Shown here: positions 25,194-37,015 of the stretch, piece by piece
Layout: every line of letters starts with the position of its first letter
How positions within the stretch are numbered: the first letter of the stretch is position 1
From: Macrostomum hystrix
Taxonomy: Eukaryota; Animalia; Platyhelminthes
DNA: 64,000 nucleotides
Reading direction: 5' to 3'
Assembly (NCBI GenBank): GCA_950097015.1
Contig: CATNEN010000038.1
Location: 17,918,001 to 17,982,000, forward strand
The notes under the pieces: model-generated
What the model was told of the DNA's origin: nothing
Database searches by the model: none
Seen by the model: the letters and a program-made list of their open reading frames with translations, nothing else
Translations under genes and position numbers: made by a program

Positions 25194-26383
25194 ATGAGCT
25201 CGAGTCTGTATGACAGCCACAAATTCTCCGAGGACATTAGCAGGGAGATGCGAATTCCTGAACGCATCGGGGCCCAGGGCGCTCTTGACAGCTCTTCGAA
25301 AGGCTTCGCCGTAGGTGCTGACTATCCTGGATTTAGTCGGGTAGTTGTTGATATGAGCATCCCGGACAGAATCCTGGCTACTGGCGAGGCAGGGGATGCT
25401 AATACTCCCACCTACGATCCACTGGATCCCAGCATGCAGGTCCGGCCTAGTGACGTCATCTCTGTGGAGTCTTTGCCAGAGACTATTACACTGGACCGAC
25501 TGCGCTATCCGGATATTCAACCGGATCAGCCTGATGCGTGAGTCTTCTTTTTAGCTACTGGTTTTTTACCTGATGTCGGCAATTAAGACCGTCGGAAAGA
25601 AACACATTGCTATGTATAAACCTCTATGGCGAACCCATATTGGTTCAACAATATAATTAACAATAGCCAAGTAATTATGCCTATATTGGCAGTTTTTGCC
25701 ACCAGACACCCCGACAAGAATCTTTGAATATCTCGTCGATGCCGATGTCTTGTGATTCAGGAAGTTGTTTCATGCGGATGGGGCGAAATTCATTATTCAT
25801 GTATTTCATGGCGATTGGTTGAATATTTTGCAGATGCAAAAAAATAACTTGGCTACAAGCTCCCGTGAAGTCTATTTCATTGACATTTAGACTCCTAAAC
25901 GAGAGGTCACAAGTTCGAATCTGTAAACCAATTTGCGTCCTTCAACAGGCATCTAGTCAGTGATTTTAAAGCAAATAAAATCAATACTAACACTGACTTT
26001 CTAGTATAGTGAATGCAGCTGTGCTCAAGTCCCTAATCTTGCCATCGGCCTGAGTAGACTCAGATGCAGCCGTTACTCGCGCCTACCTAATCTTTCACAG
26101 CGATAAGCCTCGCAGAAGACGCAATCCGGGCGGCAGCGACGCGTCCGACTCTGGCGCAGTCGCTGTCGGCTCGACAATTCCCGCAGCCCCGGCTGGCAGC
26201 TCAGGCAACCTCACAATGGCCGTGCTGCGTCTACAGAAACGTTTGGAAGCTCTGGAGGCTGAAAATGAGCAACGCAGGCGCAGAGAGCTCGTGCTCTATC
26301 CGGCTATTGGACTGTACTTTCTCTTCAAAATTGTGGGCTGGTTTATGCGACCCCGGCGGCTGGTTGGCGGCGGTCAGTTTTAA
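25194..26383 (+). CDS. MFF: Mitochondrial fission factor (Mff/Tango11), ~208 aa; exons 25194-25537 and 26101-26383
   Basis: Two N-terminal repeats (EDISREMRIPERI, VDMSIPDRILATG) and LPETITLD. Exon 2 gives the coiled coil LRLQKRLEALEAENEQRRRRELVLY and tail anchor PAIGLYFLFKIVGWFMR. Phase-2 intron gtgagt...tttcacag. Confidence 0.9.
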
Positions 26384-26439
26384 GTAAGGCTTTGAACCCC
26401 GTTTGCGCTTCTGCTCACTGGGCCTCATTTTCCTGGGCC

Positions 26440-27750
26440 TCAGATTGAACAGTCATTCACTCCCAGATCCTTTGATTAAGCAGTAATTAACCCCAAGATC
26501 CTCAGATTGAGCCGTCAAAAACTCCCAGATCCTCAGGTTGAGCCGTCAAAAACTCCCAGATCCTCAGGTTGAGCCGTCAAAAACTCCCAGATCCTCAGGT
26601 TGAGCCGTCAAAAACTCCCAGATCCTCAGGTTGAGCCGTCAAAAACTCCCAGATCCTCAGATTGAGCAGTAATTCACTCCCAGATCCTCATATTGAGCAG
26701 TAATTCACTCCCAGATCCTCATATTGAGCAGTAATTCACTCCCAGATCCTCATATTGAGCAGTAATTCACTCCCAGATCCTCAGATTGAGCAGTAATTCA
26801 CTCCCAGATCCTCAGATTGAGCAGTAATTCACTCCCAGATCCTCATATTGAGCAGTAATTCACTCCCAGATCCTCAGATTGAGCAGTAATTCACTCCCAG
26901 ATCCTCATATTGAGCAGTAATTCACTCCCAGATCCTCAGATTGAGCAGTAATTCACTCCCAGATCCTCAGATTAAGCAGTAATTCACTCCCAGATCCTCA
27001 GATTGAGCAGTAATTCACTCCCAGATCCTCAGATTGAGCAGTAATTCACTCCCAGATCCTCAGATTGAGCAGTAATTCACTCCCAGATCCTCAGATTGAG
27101 CAGTAATTCACTCCCAGATCCTCATATTGAGCAGTAATTCACTCCCAGATCCTCAGATTGAGCAGTAATTCACTCCCAGATCCTCATATTGAGCAGTAAT
27201 TCACTCCCAGATCCTCATATTGAGCAGTAATTCACTCCCAGATCCTCATATTGAGCAGTAATTCACTCCCAGATCCTCATATTGAGCAGTAATTCACTCC
27301 CAGATCCTCATATTGAGCAGTAATTCACTCCCAGATCCTCATATTGAGCAGTAATTCACTCCCAGATCCTCATATTGAGCAGTAATTCACTCCCAGATCC
27401 TCAGATTGAGCAGTAATTCACTCCCAGATCCTCATATTGAGCAGTAATTCACTCCCAGATCCTCATATTGAGCAGTAATTCACTCCCAAATCCTCATATT
27501 GAGCAGTAATTCACTCCCAGATCCTCATATTGAGCAGTAATTCACTCCCAGATCCTCAGATTGAGCAGTAATTCACTCCCAGATCCTCATATTGAGCAGT
27601 AATTCACTCCCAGATCCTCATATTGAGCAGTAATTCACTCCCAGATCCTCATATTGAGCAGTAATTCACTCCCAGATCCTCAGATTGAGCAGTAATTCAC
27701 TCCCAGATCCTCAGATTGAGCAGTAATTCACTCCCAGATCCTCAGATTAA
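26440..27750. repeat. 31-bp minisatellite ACTCCCAGATCCTCAGATTGAGCAGTAATTC (~41 copies), two sequence blocks
   Basis: First units end GCCGTCAAAA and later units end GCAGTAATTC. Small CTCA-nnn-TGAG hairpin in each unit. Confidence 0.97.
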
Positions 27751-28439
27751 CTCCCTGATAGATGTAGCAAACAAACGCATAGCGGAAATTTGTACTGAAA
27801 AATGCTGATCGTTAGTTGCATTTCATTTCGTTCATAAATTAGTTCTTTAAGGTAGAACACGGCCCTCTCCCTACTACCAATGAACTGCAAAGTTACTAAA
27901 GGTAAATTAGGTTGACTTGATTGTATTTTTTCACTCTCAAATACTGTGCAGTGCTGAATGCCAGTATTCCATTGGGAGGCTAATTGTTTCGACTAATTGC
28001 TTCTTTAGTAGCAATCTTTTCTCCTTTCGTCATCTGACGGCTAGTTGTTATTTGGCTCGTTAAAATCGATTATGGACTGACAAAAGAAGCTATTGTGTAT
28101 ACTCGTATTTTACTTTTTATAACATATAAAACATCTATTATTACGGACTGCTGTAATATGCTTCTTTGCTAGTTTATATTATTCATGCAATTTAAAAGAT
28201 TGTGTAAGTATATTGTATTAGTACACTATAAGCTGACGCGTACCTATTTTTAATATTGTTAATAAATAGTGATCTGTATGTCGATCTCCCGTTTAGGCAA
28301 TATCGAGGATTCTACTATCACATTTTTTCGCTAAAATGCCTTAAGCGTTCCTTATTATTAATTTTTTTATTGCTAAAGTCGCTAACTGCCTAATTAACGA
28401 CTGCCCAATTATAACATCCACTATAACTATTTTATAAGT

Positions 28440-28950
28440 CACCCACCCCCTCCAGTTTATCAGCCACCCCTCCAGTTTATCAGCCACCCCTCCAGTTTAT
28501 CAGCCAGCCCTCCAGTTTATCAGCCACCCCCTCCAGTTTATCAGCTACCCCTCCAGTTTATCAGCCACCCCCTCCAGTTTATCAGCCACCCTTCCAGTTT
28601 ATCAGCCAGCCCTCCAGTTTATCAGCCAGCCCTTCCAGTTTATCAGCCACCCCTCCAGTTTATCAGCCACCCCCTTCAGTTTATCAGCCACCTCCTCCAG
28701 TTTATCAGCCACCTCCTCCAGTTTATCAGACACCCCCTCTAGTTTACCAGCCACCCCTCCAGTTTATCAGCCACCCCCTCTAGTTTATTAGCCACCCCTC
28801 CAGTTTATCAGCCACCCCCTCCAGTTTATCAGCCACCCCCTCCAGTTTATCAGCCACCTCCTCCAGTTTATTAGCCAGCCCTTCCAGTTTATCAGCCAGC
28901 CCTCCAGTTTATCAGCCAGCGTTCCAGTTTATCAGCCAGCCCTCCAGTTT
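28440..28950. repeat. 20-22-bp C-rich minisatellite CAGCCACCCCTCCAGTTTAT
   Basis: Tandem units with a variable C-run. Confidence 0.97.
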
Positions 28951-29050
28951 TATACTAACGTCATAGAGTAAATGCTTCACTGGCTGTCACTTAGGCAAAG
29001 AACTGCAATCGCAAAAGTCATGACTGACAAACACAACTTGCAGAATTACA

Positions 29051-30332
29051 TTGCTCTTCATCATGGTCCTGCTGCTTGACGAAATCGTAACTGAAATATT
29101 TCTAAATCTGGATCAAAGCAGTCTTGCCCGTTGCTCCCAGGTTAACAAGCGTTGGCAATGCGGCTTTCCGATATTGACTATTCTGGCTGCACGTGCGAGA
29201 TGTATCAGCGACTGGAATGACGACCAGGTCCTGTGTCTGTTTCGCAAGCTGGTGCGCTGTCTTGTCTGTTTTGTCGCTGGAATTCCAGTCTGCTGCTCAG
29301 CTTCTAATAGCTAGACTCTAGACTCTACACTAGACTCGCAGCCAGCGTGAAGGCGATTCTGCCCATTTCGCTGACTCCTGAGCATAAGCTCACACAGACA
29401 CAGGTGTACATCTGTCCTGACTTTCTCATCGGTCAGGCAGTGTGCACTCTCACTTGCACGACAAGCACCCAAGCCTTCTCTTCGCGGCTGCGCCCTAAAT
29501 AAATGTGGCCTCGCCGCGGAATCTAACTCAGGAACCTTGTTGCGAGAGGCAAACGCGTTTAACATTCGGTCATTGTTCGGAGATGCCTATCTCAACAGCT
29601 TAGCATGCATTCAATGTCTCTGATTGAATGCTAAGCAGCACACCTATATTGAAAAATGAACACCAAGTTCCAGGCTATTGTCGGCGCTGCCAAGACGTCA
29701 AATCGTCTGCTTATCGTCGAATCGTCTGCTTGACTCCCTGACGCCCTTGACGGCTGACTGCTCGTGTACCATAGTGCACGGTGAGCAATTAAATGATCAC
29801 GGGCTAATTTAAATAGCCACATTTATTTTCTGTATCTACCAAAATATTCAACCAAGAGAAGGCTTCCATCATGCAGACAATCATTCACCTGCGACATTTG
29901 AGTTGGCTTCCATCATGCAGACCATCATTCACCTGCGACATTTGAGTTGGCTTCCATCTGCCTCTTAATAAATGTGGCTCCTCTGCGGATTCGAGCTCAG
30001 GACATTGGTTCAAAGTATGCCTACTGTAGAAAATATCAGTTGCTGTAAACGATTCACCTGGGTATAATGGACGCCGCTGTCTGAGCCAACAGGCCTGGTC
30101 CATTCTTGCTCGCCTGTCTAGAGTGCCTCTACCCGACGTTCTTGAGTTCCAAGCCCGCCTGTGCATCACCAGCATGAATGACGCGTCTCTAGCCAGCCTG
30201 TTCTCTAGCCCACTGGCCAGGTCTTGCCGTCGGGGGTTTCTAACCTACTGCTCAAGGCTGAGCACAGCCGCTCTGGCTAGCATGGAAACAGGCTGCCATG
30301 TCACTCACCTGGCCTTAATTGTTAGTTGCTGA
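29051..30332 (+). pseudogene. F-box (probably F-box/LRR) gene, likely degraded
   Basis: F-box motif LLLDEIVTEIFLNLDQSSLARCSQVNKRWQ and LRR-like MNDASLASL..LTYCSRLSTAALASM. The putative middle exon (~29673-29780) has stops in the frame examined, and SINE pieces interrupt the locus. Confidence 0.55.
29330..29565 (-). mobile_element. SINE family 1, internally deleted
   Basis: Shares AACGCGTTTGCCTCTCGC, GCAGCCGCGAAGAGAAGGCTTG and CTCAGGAGTCAGCGAAATGGGCAGAAT with other copies. Confidence 0.85.
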
Positions 30333-30594
30333 CTACTACGTTAATGATAGCTAAAATTAATTTTATTTTAGTTTTAAAATCCTTCAAAAATCGGTGCATT
30401 TGTCTGCTTCAGACTTTATATTTTTTATTTCACTGTTTTTTATTGCGTCAGTTTTGAAAGAATTCAGTCTTTATAGTGAATTTTTAATTGAAGAAATAAA
30501 TAAAGGCACTGATTTATTAGATATGGATTGTGTCGTCATTGCGTTCTTAATTTTTCAGCCAGTGATTAGTTAATCTATAGTCTATTCGACGCTG

Positions 30595-30906
30595 ATTGGT
30601 TAGCGCACTCTAAGCCAATAGAATCGCGTCATGTTTTTTTTGTAGCCTGTTTACCCTCTTGGCTAACAGTCTCAGCCAATAGCAATGCCTCGGAAGCTAC
30701 CCAGACTTGTTATCTGTTAGCCATTTCACCCGAATAAGCTCTAATTGGCTAAGTCAGTCTGAGCCAATAGAATCGCTTACCCTTGAAATTTTGGATTGGC
30801 CAACAGATTCAGCCAATAGAAATCTCAGAACCTATCCAGAATTTTGTAGTCTATTAGTCGTTTCACCCTAAATAAACTCTGGTTGGCTAATGCCGTCTCA
30901 GCCAAT
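30595..30906. promoter_or_regulatory. Five (A)TTGG-N13/15-CCAAT dyads upstream of MTRR
   Basis: Dyads at 30595-30619, 30658-30680, 30744-30768, 30795-30817 and 30882-30906. Regulatory role is inferred. Confidence 0.5.
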
Positions 30907-30957
30907 GGCGTTGATTTCAAGCGCATTCTGATATTGTTTGTTATCAATTTTTCAGCA

Positions 30958-33900
30958 ATGCCATCACCCACGTGGCACATTCTGTACGGCAGCCAAACTG
31001 GCCAGGCGCAGGCCATTGCAGAGGACATCGCATCCGAGTTGCAGTCCACAAGGCCGCATTATCGCGTTGAATTGCGTAGCCTATCAGAGCAGGCCGATCT
31101 AAATAGAGTTCGCCGACTAATCATTGTCTGCTCGTCAACTGGCGACGGTGATGCGCCGGACAATGCCGCCAAGTTTGTGCGCCATCTTAACAGACCAGAA
31201 CTGCAGAGCAATGCCTACAGCCAGGTGCGCTTTGCACTGCTAGGCTTGGGCGATACAAACTACACTAGCTTTGGCAAGTGTCCGAATACTATCGACTCTA
31301 AGCTAAGGGCGCTCGGTGCCCAGTCTTTTCTGCCCACTGTCATTGCTGACGATGCTGTGGGACTGGAGCTGACTGTTGGGCCGTTTCTAGAACGACTATG
31401 GCCTGCCTTGGATGCTGTCGTTGCTGCTGACGCTGCTGCTGCTGCTACTGCTGAACCAATCAGCATTCTTCAAGATATTGAGAAGCTGAACTTGACTAAC
31501 CTGACTTCTGAAGCAGTGGACAATGCTGATGTTAACGATGATGGACCAGTGAGTTTTCTATTCACTACACAATGTCTGGCCTGCTAGCCCCTTCCCACAG
31601 CTTTCCCCTGTCTCATCTCTCTCTGGTCTCATCTCTCCCGTGTCTCATCTCTCTCTGGTCTCATCTCTCTCTGGTCTCATCTCTCTCTGGTCTCATCTCT
31701 CTCTGGTCTCATCTCTCTCTGGTCTCATCTCTCTCTGGTCTCATCTCTCCCTGGTCTCATCTCTCCCGTGTCTCATCTCTCCCGTGTCTCATCTCTCTCT
31801 GGTCTCATCTCTCCCGTGTCTCATCTCTCCAATGTCTCATCTCTCCCTGGTCTCATCTCTCCCGTATCTCATCTCTCCCGTATCTCATCTCTCCCTGGTC
31901 TCATCTCTCCCTGGTCTCATCTCTCCCGTGTCTCATCTCTCCCGTATCTCATCTCTCCCGTGTCTCATCTCTCCCGTGTCTAATCTCTCTCTTTGTCTCA
32001 TCTCTCTTTGTCTCATCTCTCCCTTTGTCTTATCTCTCCCGTCTTATCTCCCCCTGTCTCATTTCTCCCGTCTCATCTCCTCCCTGTTTCATCTTTCCTC
32101 CGTCTCATCTCCCACTGTCTCAATTCTCCCAGTCTCATCTCTCGATATCTTTTTCCGTACTAGCTTTTCTGTCAAAAATCTTTATAAGCTGATTAGGTCC
32201 ATCACTCACCCCTATCACCAGGGTCACAGCTGCCTTGTCACAGTGCCTACAAGTGTTGACGTCACTTGATCACTTCGTTTGTTCCTCTATGACTCAAACT
32301 AAACTGACATTATAAAAACTCCCAAAAACCATCAGATTTTCGGCGACGATCTCGAAGGTATCGAGTGGCCAGACGAGGCCGGCTTAAGCGTTCCGCCCCT
32401 GCCGGCCCGCTATTTGACACTGCACGACGTTGGCGACACTTCAAAGGAGGCCGCCGACTCACTCGATATTCAATTATGCGCCGACGGTGGCGCCGGTGGC
32501 GTTTTCGGTCGACCGCCTGGCGCCAAAGACGGCGCTGGACTCCAGCTGGCGCCACTGCTAGCGCTAGACGAGCTCTCCTCACCGGAGGCGCCTAAACGAG
32601 TCTGGCGCGTCGCTCTAGACCTGTCCGGCGCCGATTGGTCCAAAGATTTAGCGCCCGGCGACGCTGTGTCGCTCTGCCCGGCCAACTGTCCGGACGAGGT
32701 CGCCGAGCTGCTTAGCCGACTTGGCGTCGACGGCAATCGGGTGGTTCGCATCGCTGCCGCAGCCGGCAAGAGGGCGCCGGACCATCTCCCGCCTGCCGAC
32801 CGGCCTGTGAGCATAGAAAGCCTTCTTCTGCGCTACTTGGACATTCGCCAGCCGCCAAGCAATCTGCTTCGTCGAGTGCTGGCCGAGTATGCCAGGGGGC
32901 CGAGAGAGCGACTCAGGCTGCGGCAGCTGTGTGCCAGGTGAGTCTGAGATCAGGCTGCTCTATTAACTACTCTGACTAGTGCAGATCTGGGTGTAATAGC
33001 CCAGTGATTAGAGCTTTGGATTTTTAACTCTGAGGTCGGGGGTTCGAAACCGAATCTAAAATTGCTCATTAACCTTTAATTTGCCCAGTTGTAAATCTAC
33101 CTTTCCAACGTCTAGATCTACAGATCTCATGTATAGATCTACTGATATCATGTATAGATATACAAATTCCATGTCTAGATTTACAGATATCATGTCTAGA
33201 TCTACAGAGTCCATGTCTAGATCTATAGATCTTTCATCTGGATCTGCAGGTAACCTATCTCTAGACATTTTGTTGCCTTGACTGAACCTAAAATCTGCAC
33301 TACTCAGGCAAACTGGCGAAGCCAAGACCAAGCTGCTGCTCGCGCCCCGGCTGTCACTGCTGGATTTGCTGCGCCAGTTTCCAACTTGTCAACCGCCGCT
33401 AGATCACCTGCTACCCTACCTGCCCAGGTAAGTATCAAATCTTGCCAGCTTCGGCAAAGCAAACTCAACCGTTTCAAACTGGATTACCCACTCGCAGGTT
33501 GCAGGCCAGGCCCTATTCTCTGGCCAACTACTCTACGCCAGCCTCGACTCAGTTGTACTTTAGCGAGGTCAGCCTCCAGGCCGAGTCCGGCCGCACCGCC
33601 CATCGCCTCGGTGTCTGCACCGGCTGGCTGAGGCGCCTCTCGCCCGGCTGTCGGGTGCCAGTCTACGCGCGCGAGAATTGCAGCTTCCGTCTTACCGACG
33701 ACCAGATGAGGCTGGGACCCCTGCTGCTGATTGGACCCGGGACTGGGTGCGCTCCTCTGTGCGCCTTCCTAGACTGGCGCCGGCAGTGGCTGCTGCGGAA
33801 ACAGCAATCCGCGTCTGCCGGGTTAGGCTCCTTGATCCTTTTTATTATGTCTATGGCTTCTTGACCTATTCAGCCACAGACCAATTCTACCTATATTATC

Positions 33901-34759
33901 CTCTTGACCCATTTTAGCTACCAACCCATTTAGCAACTTGACCCATTTAGCAACTTGACCTGTTTAGCAACTTGACCCATTTAGCAACTTGACCCATTTA
34001 GCAACTTGACCCATTTTAGCTACTTGACCCATTTAGCAACTTGACCCATTTAGCAACTTGACCCATTTTACATTCTTGACCCATATTAGCTACTTGACCC
34101 ATTTTAGCTACTTGACCCATTTAGCAACTTAACCCATTTTAGCTACTTGGACCCATTTTAGCTACTTGACCCATTTTGGCAACTGACCAATTGCCCTACT
34201 TGCCCCTTCGACCACTGACTTCCTTCAGTCACTGGTCCTTACTGCTGACCCAATTGAGACACCGACCCCCTCACCACAATGGCGTGTTGCTAGGCTAGTC
34301 TGTCAAATTGATTCAATAATTAGGCATGAGGACCCAGCTGATCAGCTTGGCGAAGCCTGGCTCCTCCACGGCTGTCGCCGGCCCGATTGGGACTTCGCCT
34401 TTCGTTCGCCCATCGAAGCTGCCCAAGCTGACGGCGCCGTTCAGCAGGTTCGACTGGCCTTCTCTCGGCTCCAGCCGGGCTGCGCTGAGGCTGCTGACAA
34501 TCGTCGCTACGTCACCGACTGGATCGCCGCTGAGGCTGGCGAAATTCGTCGCCTACTGTTGCTAGGCAACAACAAGTCAACCAGCTGCGTACTGGTTTGC
34601 GGCGACGCCAACAGCATGGCCAAGGATGTCCTGGCTGCGCTGGAGGCCGCGTTGGCGCCCGGCCTCACCGGGGAGGCGTCGTCAGGCGCGGCTGCAGCCA
34701 CTCAGCTCCTGGCCAGGATGCGAATTGAAGGCCGCTACAAAGAGGACGTTTGGTCATGA
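30958..34759 (+). CDS. MTRR: Methionine synthase reductase (diflavin reductase); exons 30958-31548, 32336-32937, 33308-33427, 33498-33821, 34324-34759
   Basis: Flavodoxin motifs ILYGSQTGQAQAIA, CSSTGDGDAPDNA, LGLGDTNY. MTRR-typical ADDAVGLELTV. FAD motifs LQARPYSLA and GVCTGWL. NADPH motifs IGPGTGCAP, HGCRR, LVCGDANSMAKDV. C-terminus RYKEDVWS. No N-terminal TM (unlike POR). Splice phases are consistent. Confidence 0.9.
31605..32140. repeat. 17-bp minisatellite TCTCATCTCTCCCGTGT/TCTCATCTCTCTCTGG in MTRR intron 1
   Basis: Reverse complement of the 16060-17172 unit. Confidence 0.95.
32988..33095 (+). mobile_element. Degenerate SINE head (tRNA-like)
   Basis: TAGCCCAGTGATT (A box-like) and GGGGTTCGAAACC (B box). 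Confidence 0.6.
33105..33265. repeat. 21-bp repeat TCTAGATCTACAGATATCATG in MTRR intron 2
   Basis: Tandem units visible. Confidence 0.85.
33903..34200. repeat. 17-18-bp repeat TTGACCCATTTAGCAAC in MTRR intron 4
   Basis: Tandem units visible. Confidence 0.92.
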
Positions 34760-35542
34760 ATACCTGGATAACAAGCTGGCGGAATTCTCGCGTTTTGAGA
34801 AGCGTTTGAGACGTTTGAAAAAGCTTGTCACGCCACCGTTTTTATCGATTTAGTGATGGGATAAAATAAAACACTTCATATCCTACTATTAGTCTCCCCT
34901 AGTAGACAAGTAGTATCTAGTGCACCAAAATTCACGAAAAAAACAAAATAAATCATAAAAAACAGTCGAAATCTACACATTTAATCTTGTACGGCAACCA
35001 ATGACCATTTAAGGAGATTATAACAAATTATTATATTGCTAATTTCCTAATCAAATAGGCTTTGCTGCTATCATTATTTATCTACTATCTTTATTCTTTC
35101 TCAATGTTAACAAAACTGTCTTGTCTTGTCTGTGATTTTCAATAGTAAATTTCTACGCATACATATGTCCCGCTTTTGTTAACTATTGTGCTCTGTCCCA
35201 ATTCACCACAATGCTCTGGTGGCGCATTTGCCTATGCTGCATTCCCAGCTTCAACTTTAGTGTTGAGTTAATTTATTATATGGTGAGCTATTCGTTTGCT
35301 AACAATGTGCCTTAGCTATGCCAATTCTATATTTATCCTAGTTCAATAAAGCATACTTCTATCATGACTAATTGATGCATAAGATCTCTAATTGGTAAAT
35401 TTCTCAGGTTTTTGTCATTTGTTTACATTTTTTCTAAGGATTAAAGAACTGACTTTTTGAAATCTTGTGAATAAGTGGGTTATATTGATTATATTATCAA
35501 GTCACCTTGAAATTGGCAGCTAAGACAAAACACCACCGATCA

Positions 35543-35699
35543 GGGGTGATTGGCAGAGCGGTCTAACGCGTTTTCCTCTCGCACCAAGGTCCCTAAGCTC
35601 GATTCCGCGGCGAGGCCACTTTCATTTGAGGCGCAGCCGCCGAGAGAAGGCTTGGGGGCTTGTCGTGCAATTTACGCCCTTGAGGGCCAACCTCCAAGG
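35543..35699 (+). mobile_element. SINE family 1, 5' half
   Basis: TGGCAGAGCGG (A box) and AGCTCGATTCC (B box). Truncated at CCAACCTCCAAGG. Confidence 0.85.
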
Positions 35700-36522
35700 C
35701 TTGGTTGCCTACTGAGGGGACATTGGTTGCCTACTGGGGGGACATTGGTTGCCTACTGGGGGGACATTGGTTGCCTACTGAGGGGACATTGGTTGCCTAC
35801 TGACGGGACATTGGTTGCCTACTGAGGGGACATTGGTTGCCTACTGGGGGGACATTGGTTGCCTACTGAGGGGACATTGGTTGCCTACTGGGGGACATTG
35901 GTTGCCTACTGGGGGACATTGGTTGCCTACTGGGGGACATTGGTTGCCTACTGAGGGGACATTGGTAGGCTACTGTGGGGACATTAGTTGCCTACTGAGG
36001 GGACATTGGTAGGCTACTGTGGGGACATTAGTTGCCTACTGAGGGGACATTGGTAGGCTACTGTGGGGACATTAGTTGGCTAGTGAGGGGACATTAGTTG
36101 CCTACTGAGGGGACATTGGTTGCCTTGTGAGGGGACATTGGTTGCCTACTGTCGGGACATTGGTTGCCTACTGTGGGGACATTAGTTGCCTACTGTGGGG
36201 ACATTGGTAGGCTACTGTGGGGACATTGGTAGGCTACTGTGGGGACATTGGTAGGCTACTGTGGGGACATTGGTAGGCTACTGTGGGGACATTGGTTGCC
36301 TACTGTGGGGACATTGGTTGCCTACTGTGGAGACATTGGTTGCCTACTGTGGGGACATTGGTAGGCTACTGTGGGGACATTGGTAGGCTACTGTGGGGAC
36401 ATTGGTTGCCTACTGTGGGGACATTGGTAGGCTACTGTGGGGACATTGGTTGCCTACTGTGGGGACATTGGTAGGCTACTGTGGGGACATTGGTAGGCTA
36501 CTGTGGGGACATTGGTAGTCTA
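35700..36522. repeat. ~22-bp G-rich minisatellite GGGGACATTGGTTGCCTACTGT
   Basis: About 37 tandem units starting at the SINE truncation point. Confidence 0.97.
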
Positions 36523-37015
36523 CTAATAAGACATGCGAAATGCTAAATAAGAATGGCTCAGCTGTTTGTGAAATTCAAGATTTTTTTATGGTTAGCAACG
36601 ACCAGATGAAGATCGCAAAACAGTAAATAAAAAACTAAAACTAAAACTTTAAAGAATACTTCCGTAAAGAGTAACTAGGAGTCTAAAAAGCTATCACAAA
36701 AGACACTCAAAAAATTCGAAGCCGTTTTTCAATTTAATCTTTGACTGAAGTTCAAGACTATTAATAATTTCTGACTATTCCACTACACAAGAAAGTCTTA
36801 ACAAAATCCTAAAACAAAGAATACTCACAACAGAAACGTCTTCATTGAGATTAAACTGTCATTTTTCTAATGTCTTCAAGTTTTTCTCAGCCTTTTCTAG
36901 GTCGCTTTTACCAGAAACCAACACATAAGAACCTTCAAAAAATTATGTACTTAAAAGTATAAATTTTGACTAAACAAACAATCCTTATCTCATCATCAAT
37001 GCATCAGCATCAGCA

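Noticed and set aside
30958-34759. Cytochrome P450 reductase, NDOR1 or NOS reductase as the identity of the diflavin gene
   Set aside because: No N-terminal membrane anchor or oxygenase domain, and the ADDAVGLE and GVCTGWL motifs fit MTRR best.
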